Below are positions 38,946-49,605 of a stretch of DNA of 64,000 nt, piece after piece (position 1 is the first letter of the stretch; the number at the start of each line of letters is the position of its first letter). The position numbers and the translations under genes are program-made. The notes beneath the pieces were generated by a model that saw nothing but the letters and a program-made list of their open reading frames with translations, made no database searches and was not told the origin of the DNA. The DNA comes from Chloroflexota bacterium (GTDB taxonomy: Bacteria > Chloroflexota > UBA6077 > SHYK01), in contig JACQOR010000007.1 of NCBI GenBank assembly GCA_016202435.1, positions 3,284 to 67,283 of the forward strand, read 5' to 3'.

Positions 38946-39300
38946 GTTTCTCCCCTTTGAGGACCGTGCCTGGCTATGGAATACGCAGGAGGAGAGTAAG
39001 CCAGATTCTGTTTGAAGGCGACCATCTGTCTCAGTTCGCCCGGCGAACCGCCCGCTTCAGGCGGGTGCCCCGTACCCTGGCCTCGGCGAGCAGCGTCAAC
39101 AGCCATGCTTCGGGTTGCAGCGGGGGGGAATGCCCTTTTCACTTCCGCCATGCGGCGGACACTGGTCTCTGTGGCTCTGCCACCGGTTACCCGGTCCCGG
39201 CTTGCGTCGGGCACCCTGCTCTGCGCTGTCTGGACTTTCCTCTCCGGCTTCGTCCCCGGAGCGGTCGCCCTTCCTCCCACACCTCTCCGCTGTCGGAAAG
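38946..39300 (-). ncRNA. rnpB: RNase P RNA (bacterial type A)
   Basis: The minus strand contains:
- GGAAAGTCCAGACAG...GCAGGGTGCC...GGTAACC
- CCACAGAGACCAGTGTCCGCC
- ACAGAATCTGGCTTAC
These match universally conserved P4/CR-I...CR-V regions of E. coli M1 RNA. Extended -10 TGGTATAAT at about 39308-39316 on the minus strand. Ends are approximate. Confidence 0.8.
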
Positions 39301-39497
39301 GTGTGGGATTATACCACCCGCTCAAAAAACACCCTAGCGCGTCCAGTCAGCGGTTCACGAGAACCCCCCTAGCGCCACACTTGACCCACCGCCTGCGAAA
39401 GGCGAGCGACTGTCCGACAGGCCGTGGGCGGGAGTGGCTCCCAAACGGCCACCATGGTATATAGCTATATGCAAGCGATCTTCACAAAGAGCCTTTG

Positions 39498-39532
39498 CGA
39501 GCGCACGTGCTGTCGCACGTGCGCTCGTCGCA
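39498..39532 (+). promoter_or_regulatory. 14-bp near-perfect inverted repeat in the guaB 5' leader (GCGAGCGCACGTGC-tgtc-GCACGTGCGCTCG)
   Basis: Ends about 15 nt before the guaB RBS / GTG. Downstream of the candidate TGGTATATA extended -10 at about 39456-39466. Confidence 0.4.
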
Positions 39533-39546
39533 TACAGAGGGGGTGA

Positions 39547-41031
<1,485 letters not shown>

Positions 41032-41049
41032 GATGCGGAGCCACTAGCC

Positions 41050-41355
41050 GTGGCCATCGGCGAACCATTCACAGGAACTGAACTCGCCTCGAACTTATCG
41101 GTCGAGTTCACTTTGCTGTCGGGCGAGACGATATCGGTCCGGGACAACCTCACCGAGCCGGTGACTGAAGATGCCATTCGGAAATATGCGGAGGAACTCG
41201 TCCGGCAGCTTCAGTCAGACACGGTGCGGACCTTTGCGTACTGGTGGGCGGGGGATTTTTACGTAGACGCGGTACGTCTTCGCGAGGTCGCCGCTCTGAG
41301 TGTCTCTCCGGTGACTGAAGATGATGATAGCGAGAACTGGGAGGAGGGCGAGTAG
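41050..41355 (+). CDS. Hypothetical acidic protein (101 aa)
   Basis: ORF with GTG start immediately after guaB. No recognisable domain. Acidic C-terminus. Confidence 0.45.
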   Translation: MAIGEPFTGTELASNLSVEFTLLSGETISVRDNLTEPVTEDAIRKYAEELVRQLQSDTVRTFAYWWAGDFYVDAVRLREVAALSVSPVTEDDDSENWEEGE

Positions 41356-41357
41356 CT

Positions 41358-41849
41358 CTACTCACCCCGAACCGGAACTACTAGCATCGGCCGGTCACCC
41401 CGGCGCAGAATGGCATCCGTGACACTGCCCAGAATCGCTCGTGCCAACCCAGAACGTCCGTGGCTCGCCATCGCGATCAGGTCCATTTCATTCTTCGAAG
41501 CATAGGCGAGGATTTCACGGACCGGATCTCCATCCACCACGCTCCATCGAGCGCTGAGGCCCTCGCGCTGGAGATGAGTCGCCAGGTTCTCGAGGCGAGC
41601 CCGGCCTGCCTCACGAAGAGCCTCCTGCGCTTCCTCGAGCGCCTGGACGGCAAGGTCGGGCTCCGCGTCCACAGAGAGTTCGGGTGCCAAGAGCCCGGGT
41701 GTCTGGATCGGAATGATCTCGAGAAGGTGGATCTCTGCCCCGTACCGCTTGGCTAACTCTGTCGCGTGGGGCAGCACGCGTTCGGCGAAAGCAGAACCGT
41801 CGTGAGGTACGAGAATCCGCCGATACACCGCCTTCCTCCGCTTCTCCAT
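41358..41849 (-). CDS. Universal stress protein (UspA family)
   Basis: Usp ATP-binding motif G-x2-G-x9-G(S/T) (ASHGRSGLARAILGSV). Confidence 0.85.
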   Translation of the reverse strand: MEKRRKAVYRRILVPHDGSAFAERVLPHATELAKRYGAEIHLLEIIPIQTPGLLAPELSVDAEPDLAVQALEEAQEALREAGRARLENLATHLQREGLSARWSVVDGDPVREILAYASKNEMDLIAMASHGRSGLARAILGSVTDAILRRGDRPMLVVPVRGE

Positions 41850-41946
41850 CTAGGTGGCTGCGGCCACGGCCGTCGCAATCGACCGGGCACGGCACTATAC
41901 TTGCATCTTCCCTGTGGAACAATTTACCGAACGGTGCTGAAGGCAT

Positions 41947-42726
41947 ATGAATACTGCCCTCCAGCCCGACGAGTTTGTGCTCCTGATCGACCGTTCCGGT
42001 CGCCATTTTCTCACCAGGCTCCGCGAGCAGGGCCAGTTCCAGTGTCACCAGGGCATCCTTCAGCATGCGGCAATGGTCGGCCAGGTGGAAGGGACCCGCC
42101 TAGAAACGAGCCTTGGAAGGCCGATGTGGATCTTTCGCCCGCGGCTTCAGGACTACCTGATGGAGATGCCAAGAAGCAGCACGATTGTCTATCCCAAGGA
42201 CATCGGCATCCTTCTGGTGTGGGCAGACATCTTCCCCGGTGCACGTGTCCTGGAGGCGGGAGCCGGATCCGGCGCGCTCAGCATGGCTCTACTACGAGCG
42301 ATTGGGCCCACCGGCCAGTTGATCACCTGCGATATCCGCAGCGACATGATCGAACGGGCACGGAAGAATGTGGCCAACTTGCTGGGCCCCACTCCCAACT
42401 GGTCCCTGCAGCTTGGCGACGTGTACCAGGAAACTCCCGGCGGTCCCTTCGATCGCATGGTGCTGGACCTTCCAGAGCCCGGACTCGTGGCCCCGCACGC
42501 TGCACGAGTCCTCGTCCCGGGCGGCATTCTCTGCTCCTTTGTGCCTAACGTGCCCCAGGTCCAGATGACGGTTGACGCATACCGCAAGACCCACTCCTTT
42601 GTTCAAATCGAGACATTCGAGGCTCAGGTCCGGCCGTGGATTTTCCGGGGACCAACCGCCCGCCCGTCTCACTCTTCTGTGAGCCACACGGGGTTCCTCA
42701 CGTTCGCCCGAAGGGGCGACGCGTAG
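41947..42726 (+). CDS. trmI: tRNA (adenine58-N1)-methyltransferase TrmI
   Basis: GCD14/TrmI family. SAM motif VLEAGAGSG. Confidence 0.85.
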   Translation: MNTALQPDEFVLLIDRSGRHFLTRLREQGQFQCHQGILQHAAMVGQVEGTRLETSLGRPMWIFRPRLQDYLMEMPRSSTIVYPKDIGILLVWADIFPGARVLEAGAGSGALSMALLRAIGPTGQLITCDIRSDMIERARKNVANLLGPTPNWSLQLGDVYQETPGGPFDRMVLDLPEPGLVAPHAARVLVPGGILCSFVPNVPQVQMTVDAYRKTHSFVQIETFEAQVRPWIFRGPTARPSHSSVSHTGFLTFARRGDA

Positions 42727-42823
42727 TTCTTCACTCCAACTGCCCCTGTGGCTAACTGATATACTGCCCGCTACTGTTCCCCACTCGGAGGTTCAGCACC
42801 GCCCAGGCCGCCGGGGACGGCTC

Positions 42824-43477
42824 TTGCGCCCAAGTCGCCGCCGGAAACCTCGCTCAAGCCAGGCGCCACATAGCTCATCTGAGCACCATTTTCTGGGGTT
42901 GGCTATGCGCCCAGTTCCCCGCTTTGGGGAGCCACCTTGGGGTGGTGCTTTTGCATGGGTCACGACGAAGGCTCGACCTACTGCCCGGAGAGGAGCCCAG
43001 ACGAGCAACGCCAGTTGGTCGGCCCCCGAGCTGCTTTGGCCTACGGTCGGTCATGCTGAGGGCGAAACCCGGCTGAACGCCTTCGACAACGCCCTCGTTG
43101 CCGCAGGAATCGGGCACTGGAACCTGGTGAAAGTTACGAGCATTGCACCGCCGGGTGCCCTCGTCATCGATGAGCCCCTCGCAATTGAGGCGGGCACCCT
43201 GGTCCCGGCAGTCCTCGCTGCAGTCTCAAGTGAGAAGGCTGGAGAGTCAATCTGCTCGTGCATCGGGATCGGGCTCAGCACCAACGGTCCCGGCATGATC
43301 ATGGAGCACTCCGGAGCCGGCACCGCTCCCCAAATGGAAGAGATCGTCGGCAAGATGATTCGTGAAGCCATGGGCCGCCGAGGGCTGAGAACCGACGAGA
43401 TCGCGGTCCGGTCTGTCACCCACACGGTCGAACGCGCGGGCTCGTGCGTCGCCGCTGTTGTCCTCTGGTGGAGGTGA
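42824..43477 (+). CDS. pdaD: Pyruvoyl-dependent arginine decarboxylase (PdaD-type)
   Basis: Alignment with archaeal PdaD: EGETRLNAFDNALVAAGIGHWNLVKVTSIAPP (Thr-Ser at the self-cleavage position), GMIMEH, VERAGSCVAAVVLWW. Probably starts later, e.g. ATG at about 42905. Confidence 0.82.
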   Translation: MRPSRRRKPRSSQAPHSSSEHHFLGLAMRPVPRFGEPPWGGAFAWVTTKARPTARRGAQTSNASWSAPELLWPTVGHAEGETRLNAFDNALVAAGIGHWNLVKVTSIAPPGALVIDEPLAIEAGTLVPAVLAAVSSEKAGESICSCIGIGLSTNGPGMIMEHSGAGTAPQMEEIVGKMIREAMGRRGLRTDEIAVRSVTHTVERAGSCVAAVVLWWR

Positions 43478-43479
43478 AC

Positions 43480-43827
43480 ATGAAAGGCGTGGGAACGCAC
43501 CTCGTGCTGGAGCTCTGGGGCTGCAGTAACCTGAACTCCCTGGATGCTGTGGAGCAGGCACTCCGAGCAGTTGTTGCGGCTATCGATGTGACCCTGCTCG
43601 ATCTCAGGGTCTACCCGTTTGAGCCCATGGGCGTCACGGGCGCGGCGATCGTCGCCGAGTCGCACATCATCATTCACACCTGGCCCGAGCATGGCTACGC
43701 AGCAATTGACATCTTCACTTGTGGGAGGGAGCGCGATCTCCAGGCGGCCATCGACAGCTTGCGCGAACATTTCACTCCCGAGCGCGTTCAGGCCATGAAC
43801 ATGATCCGAGGTATCGTTGTCGACTGA
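43480..43827 (+). CDS. speH: S-adenosylmethionine decarboxylase proenzyme (small SpeH/SpeD class 1)
   Basis: ESHIIIHTWPE self-processing site. ATG at 43480 with GGAGGTGA RBS overlapping the pdaD stop. Confidence 0.9.
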   Translation: MKGVGTHLVLELWGCSNLNSLDAVEQALRAVVAAIDVTLLDLRVYPFEPMGVTGAAIVAESHIIIHTWPEHGYAAIDIFTCGRERDLQAAIDSLREHFTPERVQAMNMIRGIVVD

Positions 43828-44692
43828 AGATGGAGGGGCATTGCCGCCCGGTGACTGGTACGTCGAGGAGGAAACGTTCGGGTACATTCAGGGCGTGCTC
43901 CTGCGCGAGCGGCTGCAGCGGCATCGCTCGCCTTTCCAGAACATGGAAGTCATCGACTCCCAACTGTTCGGACGCTGCCTGGTCCTTGACGGGGCCCTTC
44001 AGACGTCCGAATGGGATGAATTCATGTACCACGAGATGCTCGTTCACGTTCCGTTGGTCACCCATCCGGATGCGCGCCGCGTCCTCGTCATCGGGGGTGG
44101 GGACGGCGGTACGCTCCGGCGAGTGCTGGATCACCCACAGACCGAGCCCATTCAGGTCGAGATCGATGCGTCGGTAATTGAGAATAGTCAAAAGTTCCTG
44201 CCCAGCATCTCGAATGGCGCATTCCAGAATCCACGCGCTGAAGTCTTAATCGCCGATGGGCTCCAGTACGTTCGAGAGCACCCCGGTGAGTTCGATGTCG
44301 TGCTGGTGGACTCTACCGACCCAGTCGGACCGGCGATCCCGTTGTTCGAGGAGCCCTTCTATCGAGACGTTTACAAAACGCTAGCCGAGGATGGGCTGCT
44401 CGCCGCGCAAAGTAGTTCGCCGCTTTATATGGTCAGTGATCTCCAGGCTCAGGTGAGGAACCTGCGGGCCGTGTTCCCTATCGTGAGAACGTACCTGGGA
44501 CTCGTTCCGGCCTATCCGGGCGGTCTCTGGAGCTACACGATCGCTTCCAAGCGTTACGACCCCGTGCGCGTGGGCAAAGCGGACATCGCCGCGAGGCTCT
44601 CCAGAGAGGCAATCACACCGCGCTACTACAGCCCAGACATCCATCACGCAGCCTTCGTGCTGCCGCCTTTCATCGCTGAGATCTTGAGCTGA
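43817..44692 (+). CDS. speE: Polyamine aminopropyltransferase (spermidine synthase)
   Basis: VLVIGGGDGG and VDSTDPVGPA motifs. Overlaps speH by 11 nt. Confidence 0.92.
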   Translation: MSTEDGGALPPGDWYVEEETFGYIQGVLLRERLQRHRSPFQNMEVIDSQLFGRCLVLDGALQTSEWDEFMYHEMLVHVPLVTHPDARRVLVIGGGDGGTLRRVLDHPQTEPIQVEIDASVIENSQKFLPSISNGAFQNPRAEVLIADGLQYVREHPGEFDVVLVDSTDPVGPAIPLFEEPFYRDVYKTLAEDGLLAAQSSSPLYMVSDLQAQVRNLRAVFPIVRTYLGLVPAYPGGLWSYTIASKRYDPVRVGKADIAARLSREAITPRYYSPDIHHAAFVLPPFIAEILS

Positions 44693-44697
44693 CCCAG

Positions 44698-45549
44698 GTG
44701 AACCGTGCGGCAGACCGCCTGTTCCTAGGCGCCGCGGCAGAGCCTTGCGGTGATGCCGTGGTCCTGGGGGCCCCTCTCGACGTGACCGAGAGCTTTCTCG
44801 CTGGAACCTCCATGGCCCCCCGCACCATCCGCGCCGTGTCAGACGTTCTTGAGACCTACAGCCCGATCCTGCGGCGTGACCTGTCGGACCTCGATCTGGT
44901 CGACTGGGGCGACGTGGCCTTCCCTCCCCAGGACGTGACAGCGGCCCTGACCGCCATTGATCAAGCTGTGAACGACGCGCGCGGTGCCGGTTTCCCGCTG
45001 CTCATCGGAGGCGAGCATACCGTCACGTTAGGTGCCGTTCGGGGAATTCAACGTCGTTATCCGGAGCTTTTCGTGATCCAACTCGACGCGCATCTCGACC
45101 TGCGAGATGTGTACGGTGCTCTTCCGCTTTCCCACGCTACGGTCATGCGGCGAGTGGCCGATGCGATAGGCTTCGACCACCTGGTCCAGGCGGGCGTTCG
45201 GTCCGGCACGCGGGAGGAGTTCGAGCTGGCGTGTCAATGCCTTGCCTCGGGCTTCTCTCTCGAACTGGCGCCAGAGGTGCGGAAGCGCATCGCGGCGAGC
45301 CCCATCTACCTCACTATCGACATTGATGTGTTGGACCCCGCCTTCGCCCCGGGGACCGGCTGTCCCGAGCCAGGTGGATCGTCCTTCACCGAGGTCGTGG
45401 ATTTCCTCTATTCGCTGGCGGACCTCAACGTGGTCGCCGCGGACGTTGTGGAGGTTCTCCCCACCAGTGACGTGAATAACGTGACCTCCGTGGCCGCGGC
45501 AAAGCTGATCCGCGAGTTGGCGCTGCTATTCGCTGCCCCATGCGGGTAA
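44698..45549 (+). CDS. speB: Agmatinase / ureohydrolase (arginase family)
   Basis: Mn ligands in GGEHTVT, DAHLD and DIDVLDPAFAPGTG. Confidence 0.9.
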   Translation: MNRAADRLFLGAAAEPCGDAVVLGAPLDVTESFLAGTSMAPRTIRAVSDVLETYSPILRRDLSDLDLVDWGDVAFPPQDVTAALTAIDQAVNDARGAGFPLLIGGEHTVTLGAVRGIQRRYPELFVIQLDAHLDLRDVYGALPLSHATVMRRVADAIGFDHLVQAGVRSGTREEFELACQCLASGFSLELAPEVRKRIAASPIYLTIDIDVLDPAFAPGTGCPEPGGSSFTEVVDFLYSLADLNVVAADVVEVLPTSDVNNVTSVAAAKLIRELALLFAAPCG

Positions 45550-45577
45550 GCCCTTCCGCCAAGAACTAGGGCATCGC

Positions 45578-46810
45578 GTGCCAAGTCGCGGGATCCTGTC
45601 CTGCATTGTGGGCAATGCGCTTCTCCGTGCGGGCAACTCGGCGACCGGAGCGTTGATGGGCTATCTCTTGGCAAACATGGCACGCGAAGATCCGGCGATT
45701 GGCCCGGCGGTTGTGGGAGTGATGCATGGCGTTTTCTACGCAGCGGAGCTCAGTGGAGCACCTTGGTTCGGAGCGCTCAGCGACCGGCGGGGTCCTCGCC
45801 CGTTCATGATCGCGGGACCACTCTTTGGAGCGGTTGCCATCCAACTCATCGGCTGGCCCCGTTCCATCCCCCTCATGGCAGTCGGCCGGGTAGTGGAAGG
45901 ACTCTCCACCGCGAGCTCAGTCCCATCTACACTCAGCTACTTGACCTCGGCGACGGCCGAAGATCCCGTCGTCCGAACTCGGACGATGGCTTGGTACGAG
46001 ATGGCGACGGTCGCCGGCATCGCTGCCGGATACGTTATCGCGGGCATCCTGTGGGAAGCCCTGAGAAGCGGCGCATTCCTGGCTGTGACCGCGGTCTATG
46101 GTGCAAGTGTGGCCGCTTTCCTCTCGACGCGCGGTGGGGCGCCGACCAGGCAAGCAGCAAGGCAAGCCGGTGCACTCTCGCAGGTACTGACCCAGCCCCG
46201 ACTGCTCCGCTTCGCACCGGCTTGGCTCGCCATCAACACCGTCGTAGGCACTTGGTTCGCCCATGCGGCCTTCATACTAACCGGCCCCGTCCTCTTCGGT
46301 CAGCAGCTTGCCGGATCGCTCACGAGTGACGAGGTCAGCCTCGCTTTGGGGCTGGTCGGGGGCGCCTTCATTGTCGGAATCTGCCTTTGGGGCATGTTTG
46401 CCGGACATCTGCGTCGCACGAGTGTAATGCTCATGGCTCTTCCCGGCGCCTATTCAGTTTGCTTGGCGCTGCTTGCCCTGAATCATCTGCAGGACGCCGA
46501 TGCGGGCCGTGCGCAACTATTCATGGGCACGCTGCTCATAGCGGTTGCAGTCGCTAGCGGATTCACTCCGGCGGCGCTGTCTTACCTTGCCGACTTGTCC
46601 GAGGACGCCCCCCACCTTCGCGGTGCCACCATGGGACTCTACTCGGTCCTGTTGGGACTCGGACAACTACTTGGCGGTGTAATTGGGGCGCCATTTGCAC
46701 AGCTTGGCGGCGTCGATGGCCTGATTGCCCTAACGGCTCTCCTCACGAGCGCCGCGACGATTACCGTGCTCGTCTTGAGGCGCTCAGAGCCGATTCCGCT
46801 TGCGACTTGA
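45578..46810 (+). CDS. MFS transporter (12 TM), possible polyamine exporter by context
   Basis: MFS topology and the motif GALSDRRGPRP between TM2 and TM3. Confidence 0.85.
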   Translation: MPSRGILSCIVGNALLRAGNSATGALMGYLLANMAREDPAIGPAVVGVMHGVFYAAELSGAPWFGALSDRRGPRPFMIAGPLFGAVAIQLIGWPRSIPLMAVGRVVEGLSTASSVPSTLSYLTSATAEDPVVRTRTMAWYEMATVAGIAAGYVIAGILWEALRSGAFLAVTAVYGASVAAFLSTRGGAPTRQAARQAGALSQVLTQPRLLRFAPAWLAINTVVGTWFAHAAFILTGPVLFGQQLAGSLTSDEVSLALGLVGGAFIVGICLWGMFAGHLRRTSVMLMALPGAYSVCLALLALNHLQDADAGRAQLFMGTLLIAVAVASGFTPAALSYLADLSEDAPHLRGATMGLYSVLLGLGQLLGGVIGAPFAQLGGVDGLIALTALLTSAATITVLVLRRSEPIPLAT

Positions 46811-48232
46811 CTAGCCGCCAAGGAGGGCCATAGCCCGCTCTAGTTGCACGTCACGGCCGGCTACCCAGTCCTCGATTGCCGCGGGCACCACGTCTGTGGG
46901 ACTGACCCCCACGCGGTGGAGTTGTTCACCGGACGGGCTTAGCAATCGATAGGAAGTAATTTGGGCGACTGAGCCATCTGCGAGGGGAAACTGGGTGATC
47001 TGCGCGGCCTTGCCGGCCGTCCAGGTACCGACTACCTTCGCGATTCCGTGGTCACGGAGCGCCGCGGCCAGCACTTCGGACGCACCGCCCGTCCCCTCAT
47101 CGACGAGTACAACCATAGGTGCTTGCGGACTCAGGGGCCGTCCCGCTCCTCTGATTGCCGCGCGCCGCCGTGCGCGGTCTTCCTGCAAAGCAATGGTTTG
47201 CTCGCCGAGAAAGAGCGAAGCCACATTGACAGCCTCGACCAACCCCCCCCGGTCATTCCCGCGCAGATCCAAGATCCACCCGCGTGTGGCTGCTGAAGAC
47301 TGTGAAACGGCAGCCCGAATGCCGCCTGCCGCTCCTTCCTGCAACGTCCGTACCCGAATGTAGGTCACACCATTCCGCACCTCGGCGCCGACTCCGGTTG
47401 CCCGGACCACTCCTCGCCGCACTTCAACCTGGCGGCTGACCGAGGAATTCGGCGACCGCACGGTCAGGTTCAGTTGCGTGCCCGCGGCGCCTCGAATCGC
47501 GTCGACGGCCTCGGACAGGGCCATCGCCTCTGTGCTCTTAGTGCCGATCGCCAGGATCACGTCCCCAACGCGCAGTCCCGCAGCTTCTGCTGGGCTTCCC
47601 TGTGTTACTTCCCGGACCACCGGAGATCCCCGCTGGCCAGTCGGCGCGAGAACCACACCAACGCCGACGTAGTCTGAGACCTGCTGCGAATCGAATTCCT
47701 GGCGACTCAGGAATGAGGTATTCGGGTCCCCCAGGGCATCCAGCATCCCACGCGCTGCGCCCTGGCCAACTCCGCTGACATTGACCCGGTTCAGAAGCTT
47801 TCGCTGGAAGGCACCGTAGGCCTGGACCCATTCCGCCCAGGCCACGTCAGGATCGGGCGTGGACCGCACCACCGCGGTGTCAAGCACCGCGGTTTCCATA
47901 GGCAGCAAGCCAGCCTCAGTGGAAGCCTGACGCGCGCCGCGCAACGCGCCTGCGATCAGCAAGCGGGGATCGACCGGATCCACGTAGACATCGACGATTG
48001 CCTCGTATAGCGAGCGCAGATCCGAAGTCCCGAGGTGGTCGCCCCCCGATTGTGGCGCTGCCCGCGGACGGTCCGGAGGACGACCTGATTGGCCGCCGCC
48101 GAGGAAGAAACCCGATGGGTCCGGAGCCCCACCCACGGCGGTGCAACCGGAGATGGCCACCAAAGACGTGACCAAAAGCCACACCAGCCACGGTCGCACA
48201 ACAGGTGCTTTTGCACGCAGGTATCTCGTCAC
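46811..48232 (-). CDS. Carboxyl-terminal processing protease (S41 family) with PDZ domain, lipoprotein
   Basis: PDZ (GSPAEAAGLRVGDVILAI) and S41 catalytic region (VVLVDEGTGGASE). Signal/lipobox ISGC. Confidence 0.88.
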   Translation of the reverse strand: MTRYLRAKAPVVRPWLVWLLVTSLVAISGCTAVGGAPDPSGFFLGGGQSGRPPDRPRAAPQSGGDHLGTSDLRSLYEAIVDVYVDPVDPRLLIAGALRGARQASTEAGLLPMETAVLDTAVVRSTPDPDVAWAEWVQAYGAFQRKLLNRVNVSGVGQGAARGMLDALGDPNTSFLSRQEFDSQQVSDYVGVGVVLAPTGQRGSPVVREVTQGSPAEAAGLRVGDVILAIGTKSTEAMALSEAVDAIRGAAGTQLNLTVRSPNSSVSRQVEVRRGVVRATGVGAEVRNGVTYIRVRTLQEGAAGGIRAAVSQSSAATRGWILDLRGNDRGGLVEAVNVASLFLGEQTIALQEDRARRRAAIRGAGRPLSPQAPMVVLVDEGTGGASEVLAAALRDHGIAKVVGTWTAGKAAQITQFPLADGSVAQITSYRLLSPSGEQLHRVGVSPTDVVPAAIEDWVAGRDVQLERAMALLGG

Positions 48233-48397
48233 GATGGGGCTGCCTCGAATCCCTCTCAGTGCTCTCCGGATACTCCCCTGTCAGGCTCGCCCTCGACAGG
48301 ATCAAGAACCCCCTGGCGCACACCACGGTCGCGAGATGAGCACCATTGGCTAGTATAAGGCGCGACTCTTCAGCCCGGAACATGAGGAAGCCGAGCC

Positions 48398-48994
48398 GTG
48401 CTCAAGACTGCAGGATTCACCCTGGTGCTCGTAGCTGCCACTCTCCCTATAGCCTGCCAGACGGAAGCGACGAAACAATGGACGTCGCCGCCAGCGATGC
48501 GGATTGATGTCAACAGGCATTACACGGCGACGCTCGAGACCGATCTTGGTACCATCACCGTCGAGTTGCAGCCTGTCCAAGCCCCCAACACGGTCAACAA
48601 CTTCGTGTTCCTAGCACGCGAGGGCTTCTACGATGGGGTCTCGTTCCATCGAGTGATCCGAGGATTCATGGTCCAGACCGGCGACCCGAGCGGCACCGGT
48701 CGAGGAGGCCCCGGCTACAGGATCGTCGACGAGCCGGTTGCCGAGAGCTACGTCCGGGGAGTGGTCGCGATGGCCAATGCGGGGCAACCCAACACTGCCG
48801 GTAGCCAGTTCTTTATCGTGCAAGGCGAGGAGGTATTTCTCCCCCGAACGTACACAGTTTTCGGCAAGGTCACGGACGGTCTCGATATCGTGGACCAGAT
48901 CGCCTCGGTGCCGGTCGGACCCTCCCCCACTGGAGAGATGTCGGCACCCCAGCAGGACGTAAGGATTCAAAAAGTCCGAGTGTCGGAGCGCTGA
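48398..48994 (+). CDS. Peptidyl-prolyl cis-trans isomerase, cyclophilin type, lipoprotein
   Basis: Cyclophilin core FHRVIRGFMVQTGDP. Lipobox PIAC. Confidence 0.9.
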   Translation: MLKTAGFTLVLVAATLPIACQTEATKQWTSPPAMRIDVNRHYTATLETDLGTITVELQPVQAPNTVNNFVFLAREGFYDGVSFHRVIRGFMVQTGDPSGTGRGGPGYRIVDEPVAESYVRGVVAMANAGQPNTAGSQFFIVQGEEVFLPRTYTVFGKVTDGLDIVDQIASVPVGPSPTGEMSAPQQDVRIQKVRVSER

Positions 48995-49010
48995 GCTCTT
49001 GAGCCCGCGA

Positions 49011-49475
49011 TCAGGACCCCGCCACGAGCTTGACGCGAAGGCGAGCCAGCTCCGCCAGTCGATCGTCCAGGTCGGCACCGCCACGGCATATCCGATCCAG
49101 GCTGTGAAAGCGGAAACCTGCACTCAGAATCTGAGCGGCTGTGATGCCTTCATCTAGCTGGCGCACAATCGCAGCCCGGTGACTCCTGTCTTTGCCCGCC
49201 ACATCGACTCTCTTGGCGCGGTCCCGGAGTCGCCCCAGCTCCCAGCGGCACACGGAGGCAGCGTTTGCTCCGGGCTGCCCGCTCCCTGAGGTCGCAATGC
49301 TATCCGCCAGTCGCTCAGCCACCTCCGCCACATCATCGAGGACTGACAAGAGCCCATGCCGCGAGGCTGCGATGGCGGATGGCGTCGCCGGAGCACGGAG
49401 ACCATGCCAGGCCTCACGGGAAACCGCGCTCAGCAACTGGAGCGCCCCGGACGGACGCGGGAGAGCAAATTCCAT
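49011..49475 (-). CDS. Hypothetical protein (154 aa)
   Basis: Only credible ORF in this interval. No domain recognised. Confidence 0.45.
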   Translation of the reverse strand: MEFALPRPSGALQLLSAVSREAWHGLRAPATPSAIAASRHGLLSVLDDVAEVAERLADSIATSGSGQPGANAASVCRWELGRLRDRAKRVDVAGKDRSHRAAIVRQLDEGITAAQILSAGFRFHSLDRICRGGADLDDRLAELARLRVKLVAGS

Positions 49476-49605
49476 GTTTCACTCCACCGGAAGCTTGTCC
49501 CGGTGGCAAGCCTAGAGTTCAGGACAGCGCGGGTCAATAGATTTCCGATCACAGAGCCGTTACAAGCGGTAGAATCGGCGCATTTCCGCCTTTGGAGATG
49601 GTTCC

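Noticed and set aside
38936-39464. Track ORFs 38936..39325 (-) and 39012..39464 (+) in the aldolase-guaB gap
   Set aside because: The region encodes RNase P RNA on the minus strand plus the guaB promoter and leader. The ORF translations are low-complexity.
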